Shown here piece by piece: positions 46,701 to 54,792 of a stretch of 64,000 bases of DNA. A program made the position numbers and the translations under genes. The notes under the pieces were generated by a model, which saw only the letters and a list, made by a program, of their open reading frames with translations, was not told where the DNA came from and searched no databases. Each line of letters starts with the position of its first letter. The stretch's first letter is position 1. This DNA is from a virus (taxonomy: Duplodnaviria; Caudoviricetes): IMG/VR virus record IMGVR_UViG_3300048598_000163, positions 1 through 64,000 of that record, one strand, 5' to 3'.

Positions 46701-48740
46701 CGGGTGGATCATCTTGTCCATGCCGGTAATCGTGGCAACCTTCTGCCCGTTCCCGAGCACCTGAATATCATAATCGCCCTTGTCCAGCCCGAGCGCGCGC
46801 ATACGGATTATCGCTTCCTCGTTCGATATGTCGCCCATGCTCACCTCGAGGCTTTCCGGGTCTTTCGTCCCTTTCAGCTCGAGCACCATGGCGGCGGAAG
46901 ATTCAAGGCTTCCGAGAGTCTGTCCGAGAATCCTATTCGCTTCATCAAGATACCCCAGGCGATCGCTGTTGAGCTCTGCCAGCACGGCAATATCATCAGG
47001 TTTAGCCTCAATTTCTGCCTTCAGCCCCTCGGCTTTCGCTATCAGGTCCTTTGCGCTATTGATCGCGTCGGAGGCCAAGGTTTCATTCATAGCTTCGTGA
47101 TATTTCTCCATCCCCGCGGCAAAATCGGCATAATCCTCCGGGGATAGGCTCCGTCGGGCGGTCATGGCAAGCAGTTTCGCACTGGCGCCGACGCCCAGGA
47201 TATCAACCGTATCGCGGTCAAGACCCTCATTTTTGAGAGCGGACAGCGCTATCGAGTTGAATCCGGCGTAGTTTCCGTTCGCGATCCACTTCTCTACTCC
47301 GCCGGGATTCTTGTCGATCGCGTCGAGAAGCGAAGAATGGATCGCCGCCTGCCGTTCGGTTTTTACCCGTTCGCCCTCGTCGGCAAGATCCTTGTCGAGC
47401 AATTCAGTATAGTCGAGCTTCACCCCGTTGCCGTAGGTAAGGTCCTCAACCGACGCCTCGGCTTCGTCCGCCGTCCCGTCAAGGTTGATTTGCTTTTCCT
47501 TTCCAGAATCATCCCCATCAAGCTCGTTCAGTTTCGCCTTGAGTTCGAGATACTTCTTGAGGATTTCAGCCTGCTCGTCTATCTCAGTTATCGGCCTTGT
47601 AGGGAGGTCTTCTTTGGTATAGTTGTCGTTCTTGATCTGGTTTATGAACTTGTTCGACTCAATCCCGCCCTTTATCATGTTCGCAAGCCCGGGGTTGTCC
47701 TGGGAGATTTCCTTTATCCTTTTATCGAAAAGCTCTGCCTTTTCGTTCGCAAGCGTCTCGGGGTCAAGGCTTCCTTTTTTCTCGGCGCTTTCCCTATACC
47801 CGGTCACGAATCCTTTTCCTTTCGATCCGTTCTCTGTACGGATAAGACCGTCGGCCTGGACCTTTTCGCCTATGGCCGCCTCTACCTGCTCGCGCACATC
47901 CCTGTCGGCTATCAATCCACGCTGGATTTGCTTGACGGTCTCTTTTGCGGCCGTCAGGACATTTCCGCGCTGACTCTTCAAGGCTCGGTCTCGTGCCTTG
48001 ATGGTTGCATCGAGCTCACGCTCAATTATTTTGGTCTCGGCGCCGTCGTCTGTATCTTCAAGCTTCGCGCGTAATTTCTGTATTTCGTCGTCAAAGTCCT
48101 CGCCGATGTTCGCCGGCTCCCAGTGGAATTTGGACGCCATGAAGTCGTTGAATTCGTCGATCGCCTGCGCGCGCTGCGCTTTCTTTTCACTTTCAGCGGC
48201 CACGGCCGCTTGCTTCTGTGCCTTTTGGTCTGCTTTCACCTGGGTGCGCTGCTCTTTCGTCATGGCGGCCATTTCCTGCTGCTTGCGGAGTTTTTCTTCA
48301 GCCTGCTTGACCTTTTTCTCCTCCCGACGCTGGTCCTGAACCTTCTGGTATTCGTCTTTGCTTTTGATCTTGTTGAGTTTTAGCCCGTTCAGCTTACCTC
48401 CCGCGCCGGCGATGACGTGTGCCGTTCCTTTATCCCCTCCCTCCTGGATGAGAAGGGGGGTTCCTTCTGCGCTAGGACCATTCGGGTGAACGGTTATCCA
48501 ACGAGAGCCAGACGGCAGCGCTGCGGCCTTCTTTGCCTTCGGCGTGGCGGGCATGTTCGGAGATTCCGATTTCTGCAAGCGAATATACTCGTTCGCCAGG
48601 CGCAACGACTTTTGCATTGCAAGCGTTTCACGGATCGAAAGCTCGGTATACTCTCCCGGCTCGACGTTCAGCACGCCGGTGCTCTTGAGCAATTCCAGGT
48701 CTCTGTCGGTGTAAATATAGCCTTCGATTCTTGAAAACAT
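43776..48740 (-). CDS. Giant SF2 (SNF2-like) helicase-domain protein, putative head cargo (likely start ATG 48740)
   Basis: FGTGKGKT Walker A, TTDEAH, QTATPVKN, SDAGATGLNLQ, QREGRIDRMGQ; RBS AAGGAGG. Confidence 0.85.
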   Translation of the reverse strand: MFSRIEGYIYTDRDLELLKSTGVLNVEPGEYTELSIRETLAMQKSLRLANEYIRLQKSESPNMPATPKAKKAAALPSGSRWITVHPNGPSAEGTPLLIQEGGDKGTAHVIAGAGGKLNGLKLNKIKSKDEYQKVQDQRREEKKVKQAEEKLRKQQEMAAMTKEQRTQVKADQKAQKQAAVAAESEKKAQRAQAIDEFNDFMASKFHWEPANIGEDFDDEIQKLRAKLEDTDDGAETKIIERELDATIKARDRALKSQRGNVLTAAKETVKQIQRGLIADRDVREQVEAAIGEKVQADGLIRTENGSKGKGFVTGYRESAEKKGSLDPETLANEKAELFDKRIKEISQDNPGLANMIKGGIESNKFINQIKNDNYTKEDLPTRPITEIDEQAEILKKYLELKAKLNELDGDDSGKEKQINLDGTADEAEASVEDLTYGNGVKLDYTELLDKDLADEGERVKTERQAAIHSSLLDAIDKNPGGVEKWIANGNYAGFNSIALSALKNEGLDRDTVDILGVGASAKLLAMTARRSLSPEDYADFAAGMEKYHEAMNETLASDAINSAKDLIAKAEGLKAEIEAKPDDIAVLAELNSDRLGYLDEANRILGQTLGSLESSAAMVLELKGTKDPESLEVSMGDISNEEAIIRMRALGLDKGDYDIQVLGNGQKVATITGMDKMIHPVDAEEIRLENEIDAIKAGLRDEPGWMPAGLVDRNAPDYQDPGPDTSMPEGGIDNQSLGDDALSIKRTEEAAHRALGELPEGCFAFKDIGDLSPAEQTDLRRYWEKNIYAGSMAADTASQGLSTGEKGISRAAAWQKYVKGQNGGSEDAAYENIKADLIQNYSTEDMFGEKDIPKLARVVPGDYSTYRANVDGAAELFDEIDSLRDPSLVTDAKDAEKEVAKLEAALPGKLDEMFKSQMRDHFLKNMAGYTADQYAAGETRQEKSPWGEYVRMHGDVSHAQEAVIDRIKGDYTERFLKHYTKLTGKKPQTRTEKIRNADDHVLGMLHKDVRDSYTDRFKREMGEAGGSLANRNNGRFSSGSWKDKFKEYESQKKAEEAKQVDMFSDPADLKQNDGTEIVSLGKRAQGQLASMIPQLSRNQLRGQKFKVNTMTAAGTRERSIKMLEASKRMNLTFGTGKGKTIISIGAFTDLKAQGKAKRAVFAVPSVVLSQFGNEVNTFCVPGKYQIKSDPTLDRDHRIQAMKDGNNDMCIFTHQSLRDDMIYLMAKNNSMDAEAMKEHFNGLTEPERKKMLGDTLAKEGVKFDMMTTDEAHYITNREGKPDTTLSNVMDALNQNCEYYMAQTATPVKNDASEAFDMLHKVAPDRFTDRNEFMKRYGVDTQFNRRSLQRLINRYNYASPTVTGVKKNFHKEMISLEGRQKEAYDKVGEMFRRASKASRAGSVDIEAMQYLSPNSFKGKSEDEYEGIAKNLQESVGTIKEEALNRVVNQFDWHDNAKIKRTMDIIDTKRYESPNEKTASKVGDLKPGVIFAHNIQTVDNLRAAMEAKGMRVGIIQGAMTGQDKEKVKVGFNPPNPAERIYDVILCSDAGATGLNLQNAGYLMNFDLPQTAWVKTQREGRIDRMGQAHSEIDYHDIVSDTEHEATKWDRIQRKKALGSIFEEDPGVLDDTGLASHIANARQERYNNGNENEPARSAA

Positions 48741-48784
48741 GGCAAAGCCTCCTTGCGGCATTATTTATTGACTATTATTTGACG

Positions 48785-49336
48785 ATGAGTTATTTTTGGG
48801 TTATGGGAAGAAAAAGCACAGGCGGACACGTAAGATTTCTTGGTGGAAAAACTCAATATCGAATTATCCGTGTTAATGGCAAACAATGTCTTGAGCATCG
48901 TGTAGTTATGGAAGGAATTCTGGGTAGAAAACTTGCTCCTTCTGAAATCGTACATCATAAGGATGGAAACGGGCTTAACAACAGTCCGGATAACCTTGAG
49001 CTTTTTGCTTCGCAGGGAATACACCGAATAGAACATTCTGGTCCGTTTCACTGGAATCTTGACGAGGCTATAAAAATGCGCGGAGAAGGCGCAACGATCA
49101 GGGCTGTTGCCAAACATTTTTGCGTTACCGAATCGGCTATAAACAAGGCGCTGAAACGACGCGGTTATTCTACCAATACTCCCCGAAAACTTAGATTTGA
49201 TAGAGCCTTTGCGATAAACGCTTTTCACCAAGATTTGCCGGTATCCCATATAGCGAAGCTTCTTGGCGTAGCAGCACCAAGTATTAAAAAAGCTCTGGAA
49301 AAAACGGGAGACATTACTCCTAAACATTCGTCTTGA
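48785..49336 (+). CDS. HNH endonuclease with two C-terminal HTH repeats, inverted in the late operon (start 48785 or 48803)
   Basis: EHRVVMEGILGR...IVHHKDGNGLNNSPDNLELF; TIRAVAKHFCVTESAI and VSHIAKLLGVAAPSI. Confidence 0.85.
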   Translation: MSYFWVMGRKSTGGHVRFLGGKTQYRIIRVNGKQCLEHRVVMEGILGRKLAPSEIVHHKDGNGLNNSPDNLELFASQGIHRIEHSGPFHWNLDEAIKMRGEGATIRAVAKHFCVTESAINKALKRRGYSTNTPRKLRFDRAFAINAFHQDLPVSHIAKLLGVAAPSIKKALEKTGDITPKHSS

Positions 49337-50504
49337 TCCCCACAACAAGCCTTTTCCCGTAATTTTTCTTCTGGAAGGCGGTCTGTTTGAACTTGTCTAT
49401 ATCCGTTTCGTTCATTGACCCGAAGAATCCTTTCTTATCGTACTGTTTCAAATAAAGCTCCTTTGCCTCTTCGGGTGAGTTAAATCCTAACATTACCTTC
49501 TGTTCATCGAATGTCCCCGTGGCAGGGTCATTTTGATTGATGATAAACACCCGTGTTGAGCTCTTGTCCGGTCCAATATACACATCAACATGATCACCAT
49601 CTACGCCGACAGAGTTTCTAACATACCCATAATCGGCGTGCATATTGGTCGCCCATTTATGGCCGTCCTTGTCGACTCCCCGCCTGGTGCTGCCCTTCTT
49701 GTTTTCTATCGAGACTTGCATACCCTGGAATTTCATCCGCCCCTGCAGCTTCCAGCCGGAAAAAGTAAGCGACTTCGATATAACCGGAGTTTTCGGGTCG
49801 AACGCCCCGTTGTTTCCTGTTGCCGATTTGATCTGCTGTGGTTCAAAAGCGATGTATTCTTTTATATTTGTGCCTTCATAGCTTACTAATCCATCAAATC
49901 CTTGATCTTTATTCATTATCATTTTTGTTTCTGATAAGAAAAATGAATCTTCTATCGTTACCTTCTTGGGTTTTCTGATATTTATGAATACGCTAACCAC
50001 ATGAGGTGTCCCTGTTCGACCATAAGCTACATGTTTCGGAGCTTTTGCATATTTCAGTGCTTCTTTTCTATTTGTTGTAAAGTAAAAACCAGAATATCCA
50101 TTCTTTCCCTGATTACTGAACTTGTCAAATTCTACCGGCGTCCCGTGAAACACCATCATAGGTTCCCCGTTTTCATCGACTACTTTTGATGCGTTTTCCG
50201 GATCGTTTTCCCAGTCGCCAAACCACTCCTTAAATGCCCGGGTGCGGCATTGATGCCATTGAGCCGGGGAAAGATTCGACGGCTTGCCATTGGGCGCAAG
50301 GAGGACCCCCTGGGGCAGCGCTATGCCGAGTTTTCCTTGTCGGCTGTCGTCGCCGGCCGGCCCCGCCGCTTGCGCGCGGTTCGCCCCGGGCCGTACCCAT
50401 ACCGCCATATTGAACGATTGGCCGTTGCGGGTTACATGACGCGTTTCCCGGACGAGTCCGGCCGACCGCTGCGCCTTTTCGAGCTGGATTATCATGTTCA
50501 CCAT
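49320..50504 (-). CDS. Polyvalent protein: ADP-ribosyltransferase-like domain + inorganic pyrophosphatase-like domain
   Basis: RTRAFKEWFGDW...VVDENGEPMMVFHGT...GFYFT...ALKYA (ART-PolyVal-like); ISIENKKGSTR-type...DYGYV...DGDHVDVYIG...DEQKVMLGF (InPase-like). Confidence 0.75.
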   Translation of the reverse strand: MVNMIIQLEKAQRSAGLVRETRHVTRNGQSFNMAVWVRPGANRAQAAGPAGDDSRQGKLGIALPQGVLLAPNGKPSNLSPAQWHQCRTRAFKEWFGDWENDPENASKVVDENGEPMMVFHGTPVEFDKFSNQGKNGYSGFYFTTNRKEALKYAKAPKHVAYGRTGTPHVVSVFINIRKPKKVTIEDSFFLSETKMIMNKDQGFDGLVSYEGTNIKEYIAFEPQQIKSATGNNGAFDPKTPVISKSLTFSGWKLQGRMKFQGMQVSIENKKGSTRRGVDKDGHKWATNMHADYGYVRNSVGVDGDHVDVYIGPDKSSTRVFIINQNDPATGTFDEQKVMLGFNSPEEAKELYLKQYDKKGFFGSMNETDIDKFKQTAFQKKNYGKRLVVGIKTNV

Positions 50505-52162
50505 TGCACCGCCTTCAGCATTTCGTCGTTTTCCTGGAAAAATCGGTCAATGAGCGGCTGAACCTTTTCGGCAAACACTGCTTGACGAGGATGATTGCCG
50601 GCGCTGTTCCATTCCTTCTGGTACTCTTCTACCGTATCGGTCTTCGTCGCGAAATACTGCTCAAGAGCCCGCGCAAAGCACTCGCACGTCCTGTTCTGGT
50701 AGTCGCTCTTCTGTGGCCGATCCATGTTTTCACGGAATGACCGGGCAATGCTTCCAGGCAAGGACGCCCAATCATCGGAGGCATAGGTATGCCGATCGCC
50801 GATCGAGCCGAGGTAGTTATCCATGAAATGAGCCCATTCATGGGCAAGCGTGAAGCCAAAACCCTTGTCGCCGTATTTCGCCGTAACGCCTATCGCGTGA
50901 TAGTACGGAAAATAAATACCGCTTGCGTTCCGCGCGTGCTGCAGGACCTTCCCGGAATGGCTTATTTTCAGGCCGAATTTCCGGGCCATGCTCGACCGGT
51001 TCCCATAAATATCATAGAGCGTGTCGAGCGCTTCCTTGATCTGGTTCACTTCCGGTACAGATATTGGATCGCCATTCTGCCGTTTAACCAACACGCCGTA
51101 TTCATCGAATAGGTCTTTTCGGGTTCCCTTGTCGCCGTAGGCGGTAGACCGGCCCTTCCCATGCGTTGATATATCCTCTTCCATCTGGATGTTCAGGTCT
51201 GCCAGCTTTTGTTTCATATCAGCAATCGCATCCCTTACAGGGATCCAGCTCGCCCCTTTCGAAAATCGCTCACTTGAGGCGTTCAGGACGGCGTGCGTGG
51301 CTTTATTTTCCGACAACATGCGGATTGACGGCTTCCGGACGCGGCGCCCGGGGTTTCTTTCAACCAGATCGTCATAGGCTTTCTGTGCTCTCGCCTTCGC
51401 ACGCTTCATATAATAATCCTGCATGACTGCAAGCAAGTCGGCATTTACCCGATACGAATCACCGACTCTGGCAAGCACGATGTAGTCGTTCTCTTTTACC
51501 TTCAGAGCCTCTATCCGGTTTCCCGCGGAGGAGAACGATTCGTCTGACAGGCGCGGCATCCATTCAGGCCTTTCTCTCTCCATTATTCCTTTTGCGGGAA
51601 TGAGTCCGATCTTCAGCGGAACAACGTCGCGATAGTCCATGTAGGCATGGCCGCTCTCTTTGAGATAGGCGGGTTTGAATTCGTATTTCTCCGGTGGCGC
51701 CTCGACCATATCAGCGCCGAAAATAGCCGCCTGTGCCGCCGGTCTGGTTTCTGCGGTAACTCCGTTTATTATGTCGGCTATTTTTTCGGGCTTGGTCTCC
51801 GGAAGAATCATGGTGATCTGTTCGGGTGCCACGGTATTCATCATCTGCCCGGAAAGAATCTTGTATTCCCCGCGCATGAAGTATCTCACCTCGCCCGATA
51901 GCTCGACGCCGTGCTTGTCCTTGTATTGAACACGCGTCCCGTTCCCTACGTTCTCGAGAACCTTCTCGCGCCAATCGTGTTCCGCCTCGGCGAAAAGATC
52001 GAATTGGACATCGCTGACCGGATCTTCGGTTTTAGCCTGTACGGGAAGTACCCATACAGTGGTCTGATATGCCTTTCCGTCTCGCGTTACTGTAATGAGT
52101 TTTGGCACAAGCCGTGGGTTTTTTCGCTGTGCTTTCTCAAGCACCGGCAGGATAAAGTACAT
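50498..52162 (-). CDS. Polyvalent protein with zincin metallopeptidase / LPD1-like C-terminus
   Basis: FTLAHEWAHFMD (HExxH) followed by ECFARALEQY. Confidence 0.7.
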   Translation of the reverse strand: MYFILPVLEKAQRKNPRLVPKLITVTRDGKAYQTTVWVLPVQAKTEDPVSDVQFDLFAEAEHDWREKVLENVGNGTRVQYKDKHGVELSGEVRYFMRGEYKILSGQMMNTVAPEQITMILPETKPEKIADIINGVTAETRPAAQAAIFGADMVEAPPEKYEFKPAYLKESGHAYMDYRDVVPLKIGLIPAKGIMERERPEWMPRLSDESFSSAGNRIEALKVKENDYIVLARVGDSYRVNADLLAVMQDYYMKRAKARAQKAYDDLVERNPGRRVRKPSIRMLSENKATHAVLNASSERFSKGASWIPVRDAIADMKQKLADLNIQMEEDISTHGKGRSTAYGDKGTRKDLFDEYGVLVKRQNGDPISVPEVNQIKEALDTLYDIYGNRSSMARKFGLKISHSGKVLQHARNASGIYFPYYHAIGVTAKYGDKGFGFTLAHEWAHFMDNYLGSIGDRHTYASDDWASLPGSIARSFRENMDRPQKSDYQNRTCECFARALEQYFATKTDTVEEYQKEWNSAGNHPRQAVFAEKVQPLIDRFFQENDEMLKAVQW

Positions 52163-52243
52163 GGCACCGCCTTTATCTGATTGGATTTTTGGCTTTTGAA
52201 TTGTTGGTATTATACACCTCGGCGCGCTGATGCGCTACCGGGC

Positions 52244-52270
52244 AATAAAAAAGGGCCCCGACGGGCCCTT
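52244..52270 (-). terminator. Intrinsic terminator
   Basis: AAGGGCCC-GTCG-GGGCCCTT then TTTTATT. Confidence 0.78.
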
Positions 52271-52274
52271 GTGG

Positions 52275-52451
52275 TTACTTGGTTTCTTCCTGCTGATCAG
52301 GTTTCTTGGTCTTTGATCCTTCAGAGGTCTTTTTCTCCTGCGCCTTATCGTACAGATCATTAAAAAAGGCCTGTTCATCTTTAGGAAGATTCTCAAACCG
52401 GTTGTCGGTATCAGCGCAGTCATAATCGGGGTCTACCTTCAGAATATCCAT
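52275..52451 (-). CDS. Small 58-aa protein downstream of zeta-like gene (missed by ORF track)
   Basis: MDILKVDPDYDCADTDNRFENLPKDEQAFFNDLYDKAQEKKTSEGSKTKKPDQQEETK; AGGAG RBS. Confidence 0.6.
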   Translation of the reverse strand: MDILKVDPDYDCADTDNRFENLPKDEQAFFNDLYDKAQEKKTSEGSKTKKPDQQEETK

Positions 52452-52492
52452 ATCACGCTCCTATTAGAATATATATCCATACGTTCGCTTTA

Positions 52493-54391
52493 TCAAGTGT
52501 TGTATTCGGAAATAAGTTTCGGCTCTTCACCTTTGGCAACATTATTATCCCTGAAACTCCATGCGTCCGCGTGCTTTTTTACAGCCTCGAACGTCGCCTC
52601 GTTTCCAATATTTTCCAGAACGACCTTTACCGGAACGTACCGCTTCGTTTTTCCCATGAAACGAGATATTGCGCGCTTCGCCGCTTCCTGGCGCGGTAGG
52701 TGCATATAGTGGGCTTCGATCCTATACCCTGACTTTTTGAACCGTTCCACTTTCTTCAACGCAGACGCTTCAGTCTTCATGGTTGCATCCAGAACAACAT
52801 TAAGCCCCTTGTTGAGCGCAAATGAAAGGATTTTCTCCAGGATGTCGCTCGACTCCTCGTGCACCTGGGAAGCATTGAATCCCTCATATTCTGGAAGCAT
52901 TGCCTTTATCTCATCAGCATCGAGTACGATCGCTTTCTCTGGATCGTATACCTTTCCCTTGAACCATGATTTTCCAGACCCGCCGCGACCGCCAAGCATG
53001 GTGAAGGTTGGGCGTTTACCCTCTTCCGGTTTAGCGGAAGCGATACGCTCTGGGGAAAGTATTTCGCTGAATATTTTCTGATGGATTTTCTTTCTTTCGT
53101 CGTCGTATATAGCGTCTGACCCCTCCCCTGTAATGCGGTGCGTGGCAATGGTTTGCTCGAGTCGTTTCAATCGTACCTGCGTTACTTCAATCGCCTTCTT
53201 TATCTCGCCAGCATCGTCACCGAAACTACCGATAATACTTTCCGGCGTGGCATCCGGTTCGTCCCACTCCTTTTTCCATTCGTCCGCGTTGAACTTCTCG
53301 GGTTCGATAAAGTCTTTCCCGTCTCCCTGCTGCTCGTCGGTATCGGCACCGCCCGGGCGCTTTCCGCCGCCGGACGCCCCCGCTTCAAGCCGTTTCGCGC
53401 CGTCGGCGCCCCTGAATCCGGTAATATCCTTCCAAGGGACCGGGAATTTATCGCCGGCGGCGTCCTTTACGACTACCCCGTCGTCACATCCGTCGTCAAT
53501 GACAGTTCCCATCATCGATTTGCCTCGGAAGGAGAAGGCTACCTGGTCGCCGTTCTGTATATTGTGCATACCGTAACCGGCCGCCGCGCCCCGCGTGTCT
53601 TCCGGGTCTTTTGTGCCTGCTCCCGGCATTGATCCGCCGGCCTCGTCTGGCCGAACCCATTTATTCTGCTTGAAAGTGCGCCCGCCGCGGTTAACATCTA
53701 CCTGTTTACGGACAAGACGGCCGGTGTTGAGAGACTTTTGCATGGAATCCGTAATCCCAATACCGAGTGCTTTCCCCTGGACCGATTTCGATATCCCGAG
53801 GGCAAGCTTAACCTGTTTCATGTCGGTTTTTTTCTGAAGGTCTACGTTCTCGAATACAGACACAATGCGCAGCTTACCGTCACGCATACCCACTCCGACA
53901 TTGAGCGACTGTTGCCAGTCGCCTCCTACCGCGAAATAAACTACGTCCTTTCCGAGCCTGATGATATCGCAATTCTCAAGATCGACCCCTTTCGGGAATC
54001 CATCAAGGGCCTTCAGCTTATAGCCGTTTCTTCCGGAGTACAGCCGGCCTTCATTGTCGCCAAATACTTTTTTGAACGCATCGTAGAATTTCTGGTCGAT
54101 GTCGGCCGGGACCGATTTACGCAGGCCGAGCTTTTTCACCTCGGCGCGCGCGGCCGGTTCATCAATAAGCCCGGCGTGATTCAGTTTTTCGTAGTATTTT
54201 GGGTCTTCCTGAAGGTGGTCTCGGGCGATATGCGCCGCAACGTCCACGTCTTTGGTATGCTCCATTTCCACCTTGATCCCGACGGAAAGCTCTTCCGGAT
54301 ATCGCCGCTCAATGAGCTTGTCCAACCGGGTTTTTCCGCGTTTCAATCCGTTATCATCGGAATCGACGCTCTTCCACATTCGTAATTCCAT
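52493..54391 (-). CDS. Multidomain protein with C-terminal zeta-toxin-like P-loop kinase
   Basis: GGRGGSGKS Walker A, VLDADEIK, LNVVLDATM, AISRF; N-terminal GIKVEMEHT...IARDHL.EDPKYYEKL domain. Confidence 0.8.
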   Translation of the reverse strand: MELRMWKSVDSDDNGLKRGKTRLDKLIERRYPEELSVGIKVEMEHTKDVDVAAHIARDHLQEDPKYYEKLNHAGLIDEPAARAEVKKLGLRKSVPADIDQKFYDAFKKVFGDNEGRLYSGRNGYKLKALDGFPKGVDLENCDIIRLGKDVVYFAVGGDWQQSLNVGVGMRDGKLRIVSVFENVDLQKKTDMKQVKLALGISKSVQGKALGIGITDSMQKSLNTGRLVRKQVDVNRGGRTFKQNKWVRPDEAGGSMPGAGTKDPEDTRGAAAGYGMHNIQNGDQVAFSFRGKSMMGTVIDDGCDDGVVVKDAAGDKFPVPWKDITGFRGADGAKRLEAGASGGGKRPGGADTDEQQGDGKDFIEPEKFNADEWKKEWDEPDATPESIIGSFGDDAGEIKKAIEVTQVRLKRLEQTIATHRITGEGSDAIYDDERKKIHQKIFSEILSPERIASAKPEEGKRPTFTMLGGRGGSGKSWFKGKVYDPEKAIVLDADEIKAMLPEYEGFNASQVHEESSDILEKILSFALNKGLNVVLDATMKTEASALKKVERFKKSGYRIEAHYMHLPRQEAAKRAISRFMGKTKRYVPVKVVLENIGNEATFEAVKKHADAWSFRDNNVAKGEEPKLISEYNT

Positions 54392-54405
54392 ACGCCCTCC
54401 CTTTT

Positions 54406-54792
54406 TTACATACCCGCGTTCTCGTCGAACAGGGTGTAGTCGTGATCAACTCCATCGTTATCGGTCCATTCGTGGTCGCTCGTGTGCGTCATCTGCCCCG
54501 AATGGTAATACGCCCCGGCAAGAACGGAGCGGAAAAGATCACCATGCCAGGCATTTTCCCTCATCCACTCGTCGAAGTATGAACCCGCGAACCAGTCGCC
54601 GGGCTTTGCCGCGTATTTCTGAAGGGCTTCTTTCACAGCCCACCAGTAAACACCGAAGGTTTTATACAGGATAGGGTTGTCGCGGAGCAGCGGAGCGACA
54701 GCTTCGGCGTATTTACTCAAATAGGCCTCGCCGCCTTCGGTTTCGAGATTTTCCACAAGGCCGTCGACAAATTCGTTATCGTAGTATCCCAT
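54406..54792 (-). CDS. Acidic hypothetical protein upstream of zeta-like gene
   Basis: 128 aa ORF overlapping the end of the DarB-like gene. Confidence 0.65.
   Translation of the reverse strand: MGYYDNEFVDGLVENLETEGGEAYLSKYAEAVAPLLRDNPILYKTFGVYWWAVKEALQKYAAKPGDWFAGSYFDEWMRENAWHGDLFRSVLAGAYYHSGQMTHTSDHEWTDNDGVDHDYTLFDENAGM

Noticed and set aside
48761-49348. 195-aa minus-strand ORF co-directional with the operon
   Set aside because: No recognisable motifs; exact antisense shadow of a + strand ORF with clear HNH and HTH motifs
52205-52243. Promoter for 50498..52162 (TATAAT at 52214-52209)
   Set aside because: Perfect -10 but no acceptable -35 or extended -10 at proper spacing; not called
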